Assembly: GCA_965213625.1 (NCBI GenBank)
Contig: CBDBZU010000004.1
Coordinates: 2,304,001-2,368,000 of the forward strand
Origin: a bacterium
GTDB lineage: Bacteria > UBA8248
Reading direction: 5' to 3'
Length of the DNA: 64,000 nt
Positions 32,185 to 41,586 of this stretch are shown here, one piece after another. The position numbers and the translations under genes were made by a program. Each line of letters starts with the position of its first letter. The stretch's first letter is position 1. The notes under the pieces were generated by a model. The model saw only the letters and a list, made by a program, of their open reading frames with translations. It made no database searches and was not told the origin of the DNA.

Positions 32185-32424
32185 AACGCTCCCTTGGCTA
32201 TCTTGCGGAACTCTCGTCCGCCTGTGTTAGAGGTTATGTCGTCGATGCGTCTCATCATTCATCATATGGGCGCGGGCGCCCCAGATTCCAATGCCGGTCT
32301 GCGTCGGTTCTTCCCGTCAATTTCGAGGAATCTGCAGATAACGAATTTTCGCATGTTGCCGCGTAATCGGCCAGAGCAATCGGCGCGATCCACACGGGAG
32401 GACTTTCATAGGAGAGCGGCTTGC

Positions 32425-32790
32425 TCAGTCCTGCTCCAGGAGGACGGCCAGCTTTTCGAGCACCTCGCCCACCACGCGCGGTGGCGCCTTGGATGCCAAG
32501 CGAGCCTTTCGTGCCCGCCAGTCGAGGCTTTTCACCTGATCGGCGAGCACCACCCCCGATACGGGGCCATCGGGTGGGAGCGTCACCTCGAATGGATAGC
32601 CCTTGACTCTGGAGGTGATGGGGCACAAGAGCGCCAGGCTGCTTTTCTCGTTGTAGCTTCGGGGGCTGACGACCAGCGCGGGGCGGCGGCCCGCCTGCTC
32701 ATGCCCCGCCTGGGGGGTGAAGGAGAGCCAGACGACCTCGCCCCTGCCCGGAACGTAGTCCGCGCCGGAAGCTACCCGCCTCGCTACCAT
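32425..32790 (-). CDS. mazF: MazF/PemK endoribonuclease toxin
   Basis: YVPGRGEVVW..F.PQAGHEQAGRRPALVVSP..YN, DQVKSLDWRAR. Confidence 0.93.
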   Translation of the reverse strand: MVARRVASGADYVPGRGEVVWLSFTPQAGHEQAGRRPALVVSPRSYNEKSSLALLCPITSRVKGYPFEVTLPPDGPVSGVVLADQVKSLDWRARKARLASKAPPRVVGEVLEKLAVLLEQD

Positions 32791-33023
32791 GCCTCGGCGC
32801 CCTGCGCGGGTCCGGCATCTTGCTCGGTGTGTAGGTTATCGGGACTGATCTCGGATAGCATGTCAGCCAGCCGGTAGCCTCTTTTGCGCATCACCACCCG
32901 GTCGCCGCGCGCGCTCATCTCGATGGCCGAACCCTCCCGGACGCCCCATTGCTCGGCGACGGGCTTCGGGATGCGGACGGCCAGGCTGTCTCCCCACTTT
33001 GCGATGTGCGATTTCGCACCCAT
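32784..33023 (-). CDS. mazE: MazE (AbrB-fold) antitoxin
   Basis: KWGDSLAVRIPK, ISPDNLH.E, GAEAW; overlaps mazF. Confidence 0.9.
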   Translation of the reverse strand: MGAKSHIAKWGDSLAVRIPKPVAEQWGVREGSAIEMSARGDRVVMRKRGYRLADMLSEISPDNLHTEQDAGPAQGAEAW

Positions 33024-33185
33024 GCGGATTTCCTCCTCTCAAGATATCATATCTATAATATATATCTATTTAGAGATGGTGTCGAGGGGAGGGGATTTCT
33101 TAATGCTCACACCAGGCATGTTTGCAATTACTCCCCCCTTGATAAGCATCGACGACCGATATAATAGGTTTACGTTTATGTACGG

Positions 33186-33365
33186 CATTCCGGCGCATGC
33201 CGGAATGAAGGTGAAGAACCGCGTCCGCCGTAGGGACAGGCCCCTGTGCCTGTCCTAGGTTCCCGTCATTGTTTCCTTACCGATTGGATTTGGTTGTAGG
33301 GGCCGCATATATGCGGCCCGTGGTGGGAAGGCGAAAAGGGAGGGTCGCATATATGCGACCCCTAC
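33186..33365. repeat. Cluster of REP-like palindromes (GTAG family)
   Basis: CATTCCGGCGCATGCCGGAATG (33186); GTAGGGACAGGC..GCCTGTCC (33230); GTAGGGGCCGCATATATGCGGCCC (33296) with inverted GGGTCGCATATATGCGACCCCTAC (33342). Confidence 0.8.
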
Positions 33366-33467
33366 AATCGGTGTGGATTTTTAATTCCCCGCCTCGAGAA
33401 TGAACTCTGGTGTCGGTCGACCCCATCGGCTCGTGCTGAATTAACCGAATGTTTCGTCCATGCGGAA

Positions 33468-34181
33468 TCACACCGACTCCGGCATTTCGTCCCAAGTCCT
33501 GTCGTCCAGCGTTCGGCCTGTCTTTTTCTTGAACACGCCGCCCCATTGCTTAAAGAAAAAGGGCGTGCCGCTGTTCACGCAGTTGTCGCGAATCTCCCGC
33601 ACCCAGTCCGGCTCCATAAGCCTGGCGCCCGGCCCGGATTCACCGCCGACGATCACCCAGTCGACGCCCGTCAGGTCCAGGCCCGGCAAAGGGCCGAGCA
33701 GGGGTTCGAGAGAGAGAAACTTCGTCCGCGCGCCGGTCACCCTGAGCGGCGCCAGACGCCCGAGCCATTTTTCGGATTCGATGCTCGCGCCGAGCCAGAT
33801 GTTGGGCGACCAGTTCAACTTTCTGCTAAGTAGAGCGGCGCGGCCCGGCCGCTTGGTGAGCACCTGAAACGTGTGCCTACTCGCGCGGTTCATCACGTCG
33901 AAAACGGACTCGATGAAATCAGTCGGCACAGATTGATGAAACAGATCGGACATGGAATTGACGAAGACGAGGCGCGGTTTCTTCCACTTCAAAGGTTCAT
34001 CGAGCGAAGATTCGTGAGTGGCGAGGGAGAACCCGTTCTTGTACTTTTTCATTCCCATGGCCTGTAGCCGTTTCGACATCCTCTCGGCGTAGCAATGCTT
34101 GCATCCCGGACTGATCTTCGTGCAGCCGGTAACCGGGTTCCAGGTCATCTCGGTCCATTCGATTCTCGAAATCGTCGACAT
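33468..34181 (-). CDS. DUF5131 / phage Gp37-Gp68 family (radical-SAM-like three-Cys) protein
   Basis: [64 protein letters not shown]. Confidence 0.93.
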   Translation of the reverse strand: MSTISRIEWTEMTWNPVTGCTKISPGCKHCYAERMSKRLQAMGMKKYKNGFSLATHESSLDEPLKWKKPRLVFVNSMSDLFHQSVPTDFIESVFDVMNRASRHTFQVLTKRPGRAALLSRKLNWSPNIWLGASIESEKWLGRLAPLRVTGARTKFLSLEPLLGPLPGLDLTGVDWVIVGGESGPGARLMEPDWVREIRDNCVNSGTPFFFKQWGGVFKKKTGRTLDDRTWDEMPESV

Positions 34182-34491
34182 GGCTATATGTGCTCCAGGA
34201 TGTGTTCTGCAATAATCGTGGCAAGTGAAACTTTCCGCATTCGCCCACGCATCCTCACCCGATCTTGAATCGCCACCGCGCCGCGAGGCAGCACAGGAGC
34301 TTGTTTCGTTGATTTTATGAATACTAGGCGAAAAAATTATCTTGATGTTTGATTTCTGTTGAGTATGATGCTTGCTCTTGTTTCTCGAAAATCAAATCCC
34401 GCCCGCTTTTCTGAAACCAATTGACCCACAGACTCCAACATACAAGTTGTTGTTTGAAACTGTATCTTCTCTCAGAGGATTGAAAAAGAAT

Positions 34492-35961
34492 ATGGCAATC
34501 TATTTTTCTGAACACTTTGAGGTAGACCGAGAATATCTGAATGACTATGGAGCATTTGACATTTCTTTGGCGTCAGACCTCCCTTTGTTTATTGATCCAT
34601 TTTTACTGTTTAACAGTAAAAAAGAGAAATATCGAAATCTCCATGAGGAGATTATTAAATATTTGCGTTTTCTTCGGGACAAAGTAAAAGGCGGTCAGAC
34701 GCCTCCTGTACTCTTGCAGAGCTGGTGTAAGTTTCCTGAAGTAAAACAGACCTGGTTAGGATTTGCTATAACCGGGAATGATGGAAGAGGCCTAGGAAAT
34801 AAATTCGCAATAGCGCTTCACGATAGCTTAGATAAAATATTTAGTGATTTTGGTGAAGAACAACTCACACGAGGTAGCCATTTAGAGAAGCTGTGTCTAA
34901 TTCGTAATGGTGTCGGGCGTGATTGCATAAGTGATTTCACTACGAACCTGATCAAGGGTTTTCTTTGTGCTTTCACCCAAGAGTTTGCCCGAGAGCATAT
35001 TTCAGAAGGAAAAAGAAACGTAAGAAATGTTAGCCACGTTAGATTTAATTTTAAAACCGAAATTTGGGAATCATCGGAATTTGACCTCCCTTGGGTTAAT
35101 GGTGATTTTGCATTGTTGACACCAAAAGAACTTCTTACGAGGGATGATACATGGATAAATAAGACGGATCTTGTGAGTGATTTTGAGCGCCTTCCAGAGG
35201 CTCTTCCAAACGAACAATTGCGTTTTCAGGTCAATAATTATTTCTTAAAACAACTTAATCTCCAAGATGATAAAGAACCAGCTAGGGAAGAACGCGAATC
35301 GGCCGCCAAAAGTACGATATTGCAATTCCCCCAGCTAATTGATGCATATATTAAACATAAGGAAGACAGGGGAGAAGAGGCTGAAAACATTAGTAGTGCT
35401 AAGGTCAAATTTTCAGAACTTATTTTTAACGAACGAATTAAGCTGCTTCGATCAATACTGAAGAAGGAAACGGAGTTTTATGAGTTAAACAGAGGCACAT
35501 TTGAAGAGGCGCACAAGAGAGTCACCTACCTAAAAGACTGCATAGAAAACAAAGGGGGATTTAAGTTATTTTACAATGATGGTCAACCAATCAAGAAAGA
35601 AAAAGACCTCCAAATTATGTATAGACTTTGTTGGTATGACACTTCTTATGACGTGAGTCGTGAAGTAAACGATGGTAGAGGTCCAGCGGATTTCAAGATA
35701 TCAATGGGTCAAACTGATAAAACGATAGTGGAATTTAAGTTAGCAAGTAATAGTCATTTAAAGCGAAATTTACAGAATCAGGCTGAAATTTATCAAAAAG
35801 CGAGTGATGCAAAGAACGCCATTAAAGTAATAGTTTATTTTACTGAGAGTGAACTGAAAAAAGTGGATAAAATAATGAATGATTTAAATCTTTCGAACGA
35901 ACAAGATGTCATTCTTATAGACGCACGAATGGATAATAAGCCATCAGCTTCTAAAGCCTAG
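34492..35961 (+). CDS. AT-rich hypothetical protein with a C-terminal PD-(D/E)xK-like nuclease motif
   Basis: N-terminal DLPLFIDPFLL; C-terminal SREVNDGRGPADF...VEFK; markedly AT-rich relative to neighbours; ATG 34492 preferred. Confidence 0.75.
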   Translation: MAIYFSEHFEVDREYLNDYGAFDISLASDLPLFIDPFLLFNSKKEKYRNLHEEIIKYLRFLRDKVKGGQTPPVLLQSWCKFPEVKQTWLGFAITGNDGRGLGNKFAIALHDSLDKIFSDFGEEQLTRGSHLEKLCLIRNGVGRDCISDFTTNLIKGFLCAFTQEFAREHISEGKRNVRNVSHVRFNFKTEIWESSEFDLPWVNGDFALLTPKELLTRDDTWINKTDLVSDFERLPEALPNEQLRFQVNNYFLKQLNLQDDKEPAREERESAAKSTILQFPQLIDAYIKHKEDRGEEAENISSAKVKFSELIFNERIKLLRSILKKETEFYELNRGTFEEAHKRVTYLKDCIENKGGFKLFYNDGQPIKKEKDLQIMYRLCWYDTSYDVSREVNDGRGPADFKISMGQTDKTIVEFKLASNSHLKRNLQNQAEIYQKASDAKNAIKVIVYFTESELKKVDKIMNDLNLSNEQDVILIDARMDNKPSASKA

Positions 35962-36052
35962 AGATAGTTTCTAATTTTTGATTTACCGAAAATGGGAGCT
36001 TGAAGTTTGGCAAGGTATTTCCACACTCAACAGTCTTAATTTCTTCAAGTAA

Positions 36053-36124
36053 TAGGTCTTTCCCTCGACTACCAGCTCTTTTCACGTCGCGCTTGAATTG
36101 CGACTAACGAACGGGGGTCAGCAC
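36053..36124 (-). pseudogene. YafQ-type toxin remnant
   Basis: Directly after dinJ: GTG-L-T-P-V-R-TAG-S-Q-F-K-R-D-V-K-R-A-G-S-R-G-K-D-L, with an in-frame stop, then runs into AT-rich DNA. Confidence 0.7.
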
Positions 36125-36382
36125 CTACAAACCCATCTCCTCGAACAACTCCCCGGCGCTCTCGAAGCGCTCCCCCTTGCCCTCATCCAGTTCTTCCATC
36201 GCCTTGCGGGTGGCGGGGTTCGGCGCGCGGACGACGAAGGGCAGCCTCCGCTCCTCCGCCACGCGCATCATGAGCAGGCGAATCGCATCCGAAACCGAAA
36301 GGCCCATGGCGTTCAGCGCCTCGGTGGCGCGGGCCTTTGTCTCGCTGTCGATTCGGGCGCGTACGACCGTATCTGTCGGCAT
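36125..36382 (-). CDS. dinJ: DinJ/RelB-family antitoxin
   Basis: VRARID..K.RA...L..MGLSVSDAIRL...LPF....PN..T.KAM; RBS GAGGAGG; upstream TGTAGC..GCTACA palindrome. Confidence 0.88.
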   Translation of the reverse strand: MPTDTVVRARIDSETKARATEALNAMGLSVSDAIRLLMMRVAEERRLPFVVRAPNPATRKAMEELDEGKGERFESAGELFEEMGL

Positions 36383-36556
36383 GTGGCGTCCTCCTCTTGT
36401 GTAGCCTCATTGTAGCTACAACACCTCGTGCTCCCTGTCAAGCCCGCTTTTCGTGTGGTTTTAGTATGAATCCCTCCCCCCGTTTGGCATGAGCGCGGAA
36501 CCTTGGTCTAATGGGCGCGGTTTTTTTCGTTGAGCGCCTTACCCGAAGGAGGCAGC

Positions 36557-37960
36557 ATGGCGGCATATGACGTGGCGGTTATCGGCGGGGGACCTGCGGG
36601 CTATGTGGCGGGCGTGCGTGTGGCCCAGAGCGGGGGAAGCTGCGTGGTCATCGAACGAGACGAGCTGGGCGGCACCTGCCTGAACTGGGGCTGCATCCCG
36701 AGCAAGAGCCTGATCGCCGCCGCGGAAGTTTTGAGGAACATCAGGAACGCGGACGCCTACGGCATCGAGGTCACGGGCGAGGTGCGCGCCGATCTCGCTG
36801 CCATGGTCGAGCGCAAGGACAAGATAGTCGCAGGCCTGGTAAAGGGAATCGGCGGGCTGTTCAAGGCCCACGGGGTGGATCACATGGCGGGTGACGCCGA
36901 GATACTGGAGATGGGTAAAATCTCGGTGCGCGGAAAAGAAGGGGAACACGAGATAGTCGAGGCCGATAAGATCATCATCTGCACCGGTTCCCGGCCTGCG
37001 CAGATTTCCGCCTTTCCCATCGACGGTAATAAAATCATCTCCTCCGAACAGGCGGTGCATCTCAAAACTTTGCCCAAGAGGGTGCTCATCGTCGGCGCGG
37101 GCGTCATCGGCTGTGAGTTTGCGTGTCTGTATAGAGAACTGGGCGCCGAAGTCGTCATGGTGGAGTTGCTCGACCGCGTCCTGCCGCTGGGGGACGAGGA
37201 CGTCTCGAAACTCATGGCGCGCGAATTAAGAAAACAGAAGATTAAGGTGCGCCTGAATGAGAAGTTAACGGGCGTCTCGCGCAAGGGCAGGGCGATGGTC
37301 GCCGAATTCGAGGGTTCGGATGAGGAGGAACGCGCCGACCTCGTACTCGTCTCCGTGGGCCGGACGATGAACACCGACGGGCTGGGGCTCGAGCGAATCG
37401 GGGTGGAGCTCGGTCCGCGCGGCGAAATCAGGGTGAACGATATGATGGAGACGAACGTCGCGGGCGTTTATGCGGCGGGGGACGTGGTGGGCGAGCCCAT
37501 GCTCGCGCACGTGGCCTCGGCGGAAGGAGTCGCCGCTGCGGAAAACGCCATGGGCGCGGAGATTCGCATGGATTACCGGGCGATTCCGGCGGGTATCTTC
37601 ACGCATCCCGAGATCGGCGTCGTCGGCATGGCCGAGCACGAGGCGGAGAAGGCCGGTCACGCAGTGCGCGTGGGCAAGTTCTCGGTGCGCTCTCTGGGCA
37701 AGGCGCAGGCCGAACGCGCGCTGGAGGGCGAGGTGAAGGTCATCGCCGACGCGGGAGATGACGCCATTTTGGGCGTTCACATCGTAGGCGCCCACGCCGC
37801 TGACATCGTGCACGAGGCCGCCGTCGCCATGCAGCACCGCGTCACCGCCTCGGACCTGGCCGGCACCATCCACTCCCACCCCACGCTCTCGGAAGCCGTG
37901 ATGGAAGCGGCATTGGACGTCCACGGCGAAGCCATCCACGCGCCGCCGAAGAGACAGTAG
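36557..37960 (+). CDS. lpdA: Dihydrolipoamide dehydrogenase
   Basis: GGGPAGY, GGTCLNWGCIPSK, GAGVIGCE, HSHPTLSE; RBS AAGGAGG. Confidence 0.95.
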   Translation: MAAYDVAVIGGGPAGYVAGVRVAQSGGSCVVIERDELGGTCLNWGCIPSKSLIAAAEVLRNIRNADAYGIEVTGEVRADLAAMVERKDKIVAGLVKGIGGLFKAHGVDHMAGDAEILEMGKISVRGKEGEHEIVEADKIIICTGSRPAQISAFPIDGNKIISSEQAVHLKTLPKRVLIVGAGVIGCEFACLYRELGAEVVMVELLDRVLPLGDEDVSKLMARELRKQKIKVRLNEKLTGVSRKGRAMVAEFEGSDEEERADLVLVSVGRTMNTDGLGLERIGVELGPRGEIRVNDMMETNVAGVYAAGDVVGEPMLAHVASAEGVAAAENAMGAEIRMDYRAIPAGIFTHPEIGVVGMAEHEAEKAGHAVRVGKFSVRSLGKAQAERALEGEVKVIADAGDDAILGVHIVGAHAADIVHEAAVAMQHRVTASDLAGTIHSHPTLSEAVMEAALDVHGEAIHAPPKRQ

Positions 37961-38068
37961 GCTTGCGCTCTGCGGGCTCGATTCTGGCTTTCTCTGGATT
38001 GTTGAATAAAGCCTTAATTTCTTGATTCGGCGTATAGGGCCGACTGGGGAGGGAGGGTTGTGGTTTTT

Positions 38069-38092
38069 GTAGGTCGGACATATATGTCTGAC
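38069..38092 (+). repeat. GTAG REP (left unit of the REPIN hosting the IS1111 element)
   Basis: GTAG+GTCGGACATATATGTCTGAC. Confidence 0.7.
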
Positions 38093-38116
38093 ATACATGC
38101 GTACATGGACGCCCCC

Positions 38117-38378
38117 CTGGAATGCAAGCGGTTTTTTGGGAGGGTTCGGCGCAAAGCGGTTCGACTCAGTCGTACATTCGGCCTCTTCGTTGCGGCGCTT
38201 CGTAACGGCCGCGGGCCCGTATGGAGATGCGCGGGTCGGGTCCGAATCGGCCCGGCGAGCTCGATGGTTCGCTCGTCGCATGTAACTGGTTGCCCCGACC
38301 CCGTCTCGATGACCGTTTGCCCTTACTCCTCCTGTGGCCTGCCCACATTCCTCCCGGCTCTATCCGCGCGCCCGCCGC
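38117..38378 (-). ncRNA. Putative seekRNA/bridge RNA region of the IS1111 element
   Basis: Exact matches to both target flanks (38248-38254, 38277-38284) around a hairpin, and to the donor junction (38171-38177). Confidence 0.7.
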
Positions 38379-39059
38379 TCAGGCGAGGGGCGCCGGTTCC
38401 CTGTAGTCGTCCTTGTTCCGCATCAGCGCCCACGCGATGCGCGCCATTTTGTTGGCCAGCGCCACCGCGACGAGCATCCTCGGCTTGCGCGCCAGCATCC
38501 GGGCCAGCCACGAACCCGGCGGCGCGCCGCGCCGGAGCGCCTGGCGAATCACCGACATCGCGCCCGTGACCAACAGCCGCCTCACGTCGCGCTGGCCCAT
38601 CTTCGATACCCGGCCCAGGCGGGGCTTGCCCCCCGTCGAGTGTTGCCGGGGCACCAGTCCCAGCCAGGCCGAGAAGTCCCGGCCCCGCCGGAAGTTCTCC
38701 ATCGGCGGCGCGAAGGCACGGATCGCAGACGCCGTAACCGGACCCACCCCCGGGATACGCATCAGACGCCGCGCCTCCGCGTCCGCCGCGTCGTTCTTGT
38801 GGCGCTTCACGTACGGCTTCACGTAGGCCGGCGGCGCGAGCCGAACCTCGTGGCCGAGCTTCGCAATCTCACGGCCCCAGCGGTGCGCCCCCGCGCACGC
38901 CTCCATCGCCACCACGCAGCGCGGCTGTTTGGCCAGGAAGTTCAGCAGACCCGCCCGACCGAGCTTCTTGCGGAACGCTACCGAACCGTCCGCGCGCGCC
39001 CCGTGGAGTTGAAAACTGTTTTTCGCCAAGTCGATGCCGATGATGTAGACTCCTTCCAT
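38379..39059 (-). pseudogene. IS110-family DEDD recombinase with an in-frame internal deletion (226 aa)
   Basis: IGIDLAK, MEAC, KNDAADAEA fused directly to RRLMRIPGVG; WLGLVPRQHSTGG; the coiled-coil middle is missing; RBS AGGAGG. Confidence 0.85.
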
Positions 39060-39158
39060 GGATGCCTCCTTCCGGGCGGTGTGTGACGTTGCCTCGCCAC
39101 ATTCTAAACTGCCGGAAGGGGGCGTCCACCCCATCGGCCCGACCGGTTCGTGGCTTGC

Positions 39159-39182
39159 GGGTCGCATTTATGCGACCCCTAC
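39159..39182 (-). repeat. GTAG REP (right, inverted unit)
   Basis: GGGTCGCATTTATGCGACCCCTAC, one mismatch from 33342-33365. Confidence 0.8.
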
Positions 39183-39284
39183 ACCCCGAATAAGGAATGA
39201 CGGCAGTGGTCAATTCTGGGCGAAGAGGATTTTTCCAACAGCCCCCACAAGGCTCTCGAAACAGCCTTGCGGATTCCGTAATGC

Positions 39285-40265
39285 TTAATACGGCACGTCG
39301 ATGAGCATACCCTCACCCGATCGCATGTCTTCTTCCAGAAGCTCGCGCATCGCTTTCGTCACCGGGCCGGGCTTTCCGTCCCCGATGATTTGGTCATCCC
39401 ACTGCACCACGGGGGCGACGTATATCGAGCTTCCGATGAGCATCATCTCCGCGGACGCCTTGGCCTCGGCCACGGGAATGTCGTCCACCACCACGTCGGC
39501 GATGACCTCTTGCTCCACGAGGCGGCTTGCGAGTTCGAGCAGGCGCTTCACCGTGCAGCCCGAGAGGATGTTCTCGAATTTCGGGTGCCGCAGCACGCGC
39601 TCGTTCGTCACGAAGGCGCAGTTCATGTTCGAGCCCTCGCCCACGTTCCCGGCCTCATCCACGAAAATCCCGTTGTCCAAGCCCTGTTCTTTCGCCTCCA
39701 TCTGCATCAGCGTGTTGGGCAGGTAGTTCGTGCTCTTGGTGACGGCGTAGAGCGGCGGCTTGATGGGGTAGGTCGTCGTCATCACCCGCATTCCCTCGGC
39801 GTAGTAGCGCTCGGGATAATCCAGGCCGCCAAAGATCATCACGAAAAATGCAGGCTTGGCGTCGCCTGCAGGGATGAGCCCCAGGTTGCCTGTCCCGGAA
39901 GATGCCCAGTAGCGGATTGAACCCTCGCGGCGGCCCGAGAGCGCGCTCGTGCGGATGACGATATCGCGCATCTCCTCGCGGCTCGGCAGTTCGAGTTTCG
40001 ATGCCTCCGCTGAGCGGATGAAGCGGTCCAGATGGTTTTCCAGGTCGTAGATCTTCCCCTCGATGATGGCCGCCGTGTCGAAGATGCCGTGTCCCCGGTG
40101 CACCATGTGGTCGTCGAAGGGGATGACCATCAGGTCGGGGTCCGTCACCACGCCGCCCAGGTGGCTCGAATAAAACGCCGAATAATCGACCTCCTGCGTC
40201 TCGCGCAGGTTCTTGAGACTATCGAGGACGTCCTCTCTCGTGAGGACGCCGATGTTTTCCGCCAT
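39285..40265 (-). CDS. PLP-dependent aminotransferase class IV (D-amino acid aminotransferase/ADC lyase-like)
   Basis: DHMVHRGHGIFDT, HLDRF, KSTNY, EGSNMN, ILSGCT, GDGKPGP; RBS AAGGAG. Confidence 0.92.
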   Translation of the reverse strand: MAENIGVLTREDVLDSLKNLRETQEVDYSAFYSSHLGGVVTDPDLMVIPFDDHMVHRGHGIFDTAAIIEGKIYDLENHLDRFIRSAEASKLELPSREEMRDIVIRTSALSGRREGSIRYWASSGTGNLGLIPAGDAKPAFFVMIFGGLDYPERYYAEGMRVMTTTYPIKPPLYAVTKSTNYLPNTLMQMEAKEQGLDNGIFVDEAGNVGEGSNMNCAFVTNERVLRHPKFENILSGCTVKRLLELASRLVEQEVIADVVVDDIPVAEAKASAEMMLIGSSIYVAPVVQWDDQIIGDGKPGPVTKAMRELLEEDMRSGEGMLIDVPY

Positions 40266-40443
40266 GGCCTTCTCCTTGTGCGTCGAATCGAATCCCTGAA
40301 ATTTCAGGGAAGCATACCGGTGGATGAAACCGCATTTTTTCGATTTCTGCCGCATGATGCCGCTTGGGTGATTTTCGGGCAAGGGCCTGCTACATTATCG
40401 CCCGGATGGCTTGGGTCTATGAAGTGAACCGGAGGCATGGTCG

Positions 40444-41586
40444 ATGCAGGACGATGTTTATTTGAACGACGAGCAGACGATGGTGCGGCAGATGACGCGC
40501 GATTTCTGCGAGCGCGAGATCGCCCCCCGGGCGTCGGAGATAGACGAGGGCCGCTTCCCGGCGGAGGTCGTGAAGAGCATGGGCGAACTCGGGCTGATGG
40601 GCCTTACGGTGCCGGATTCCTACGGCGGAGGGGGGGCGGACCCCGTCTCGATGGCGCTGGCGACCGAAGAAGTCGCCGCCGCGTGTCCTTCGACGAGCGC
40701 CATTTTCGCCGCGCACAACTCCCTGGTCTGTGAACCTGTCTACCGCTTCGGCAGCAAGGGACAGAAGGAAAAGTATTTACACGGCCTGGCGAGCGGCGCG
40801 AGCATCGGCGCATTCGCCCTGACGGAGCCGGGCGCGGGTTCGGACGCCGCCTCGCTCACCACCAGCGCGGTGCGCGAGGGAAATGCCTACCGCATCAACG
40901 GCGTGAAGCGCTTCATCACCAGCGGCAAGCAGTCGGGCCTGTGCCTTCTCTTCGCCGTGACCGATCGCGCTATGCGCCACAAGGGGCTGAGCGCCTTCCT
41001 GGTGCCGACGGATGCCGAGGGCTTTGAGGTCGTGCGCAGCGAAGACAAGATGGGGATGCACGGCTGCTCGATATCGGAGCTTCGCTTCGACGCCGTGGAA
41101 CTGCCCGAAGAGAACCGCATGGGGGAGGAGGGGCAGGGCTTCGAGCTTGCGATGCGCATCCTGGATTCGGGGCGCATTATCGTCGCGGCCCAGGGCCTGG
41201 GCTTCGCGCGGGCGTGTCTCGACGCCTCGGTGGCCTATGCGCGCGAGCGCGAGACGTTCGGCGTGCCGATAAAGGATCACCAGCCCGTTGCGTGGAAGCT
41301 CGCCGACATGGCCACCCGCGTCCACGGCGCTCGGCTGCTCACCCTGAAGGCCGCGCGGCTCAAGGCGGCGGGTGAGCCCTATTCGTCCGTGGCCGCCATC
41401 GCCAAGGTATTCGCAACCGACGCCGCCCAGCGGAATGCCGAAGAGGGCGTTCAACTCCACGGGGGGAACGGCTACATGCGCGAGTATCCCGTGGAGCGCT
41501 TCTACCGGGCGTCCAAGGTGACGCAAATTTACGAGGGGACGAACGAGATACTCCGCCAGGTCATCGCCAAGCACCTGCTCAACTGA
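40444..41586 (+). CDS. Acyl-CoA dehydrogenase (short/branched-chain type)
   Basis: FALTEPGAGSD, NGVKRFIT, QLHGGNGY, IYEGTNEI. Confidence 0.95.
   Translation: MQDDVYLNDEQTMVRQMTRDFCEREIAPRASEIDEGRFPAEVVKSMGELGLMGLTVPDSYGGGGADPVSMALATEEVAAACPSTSAIFAAHNSLVCEPVYRFGSKGQKEKYLHGLASGASIGAFALTEPGAGSDAASLTTSAVREGNAYRINGVKRFITSGKQSGLCLLFAVTDRAMRHKGLSAFLVPTDAEGFEVVRSEDKMGMHGCSISELRFDAVELPEENRMGEEGQGFELAMRILDSGRIIVAAQGLGFARACLDASVAYARERETFGVPIKDHQPVAWKLADMATRVHGARLLTLKAARLKAAGEPYSSVAAIAKVFATDAAQRNAEEGVQLHGGNGYMREYPVERFYRASKVTQIYEGTNEILRQVIAKHLLN

Larger units (their letters stand above)
38102..39136 (-). mobile_element. IS1111-group (IS110 family) element, internally deleted
   Basis: Perfect 11-bp sub-terminal IRs TGGACGCCCCC (38106-38116 / 39118-39128), CG core on both sides, long 3' non-coding end. 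Confidence 0.85.

Noticed and set aside
39230-39245. Orphan IS1182-like end TTTTTCCAACAGCCCC
   Set aside because: It resembles the IR at 354 with one insertion, but has no partner end or transposase remnant; too short to call.
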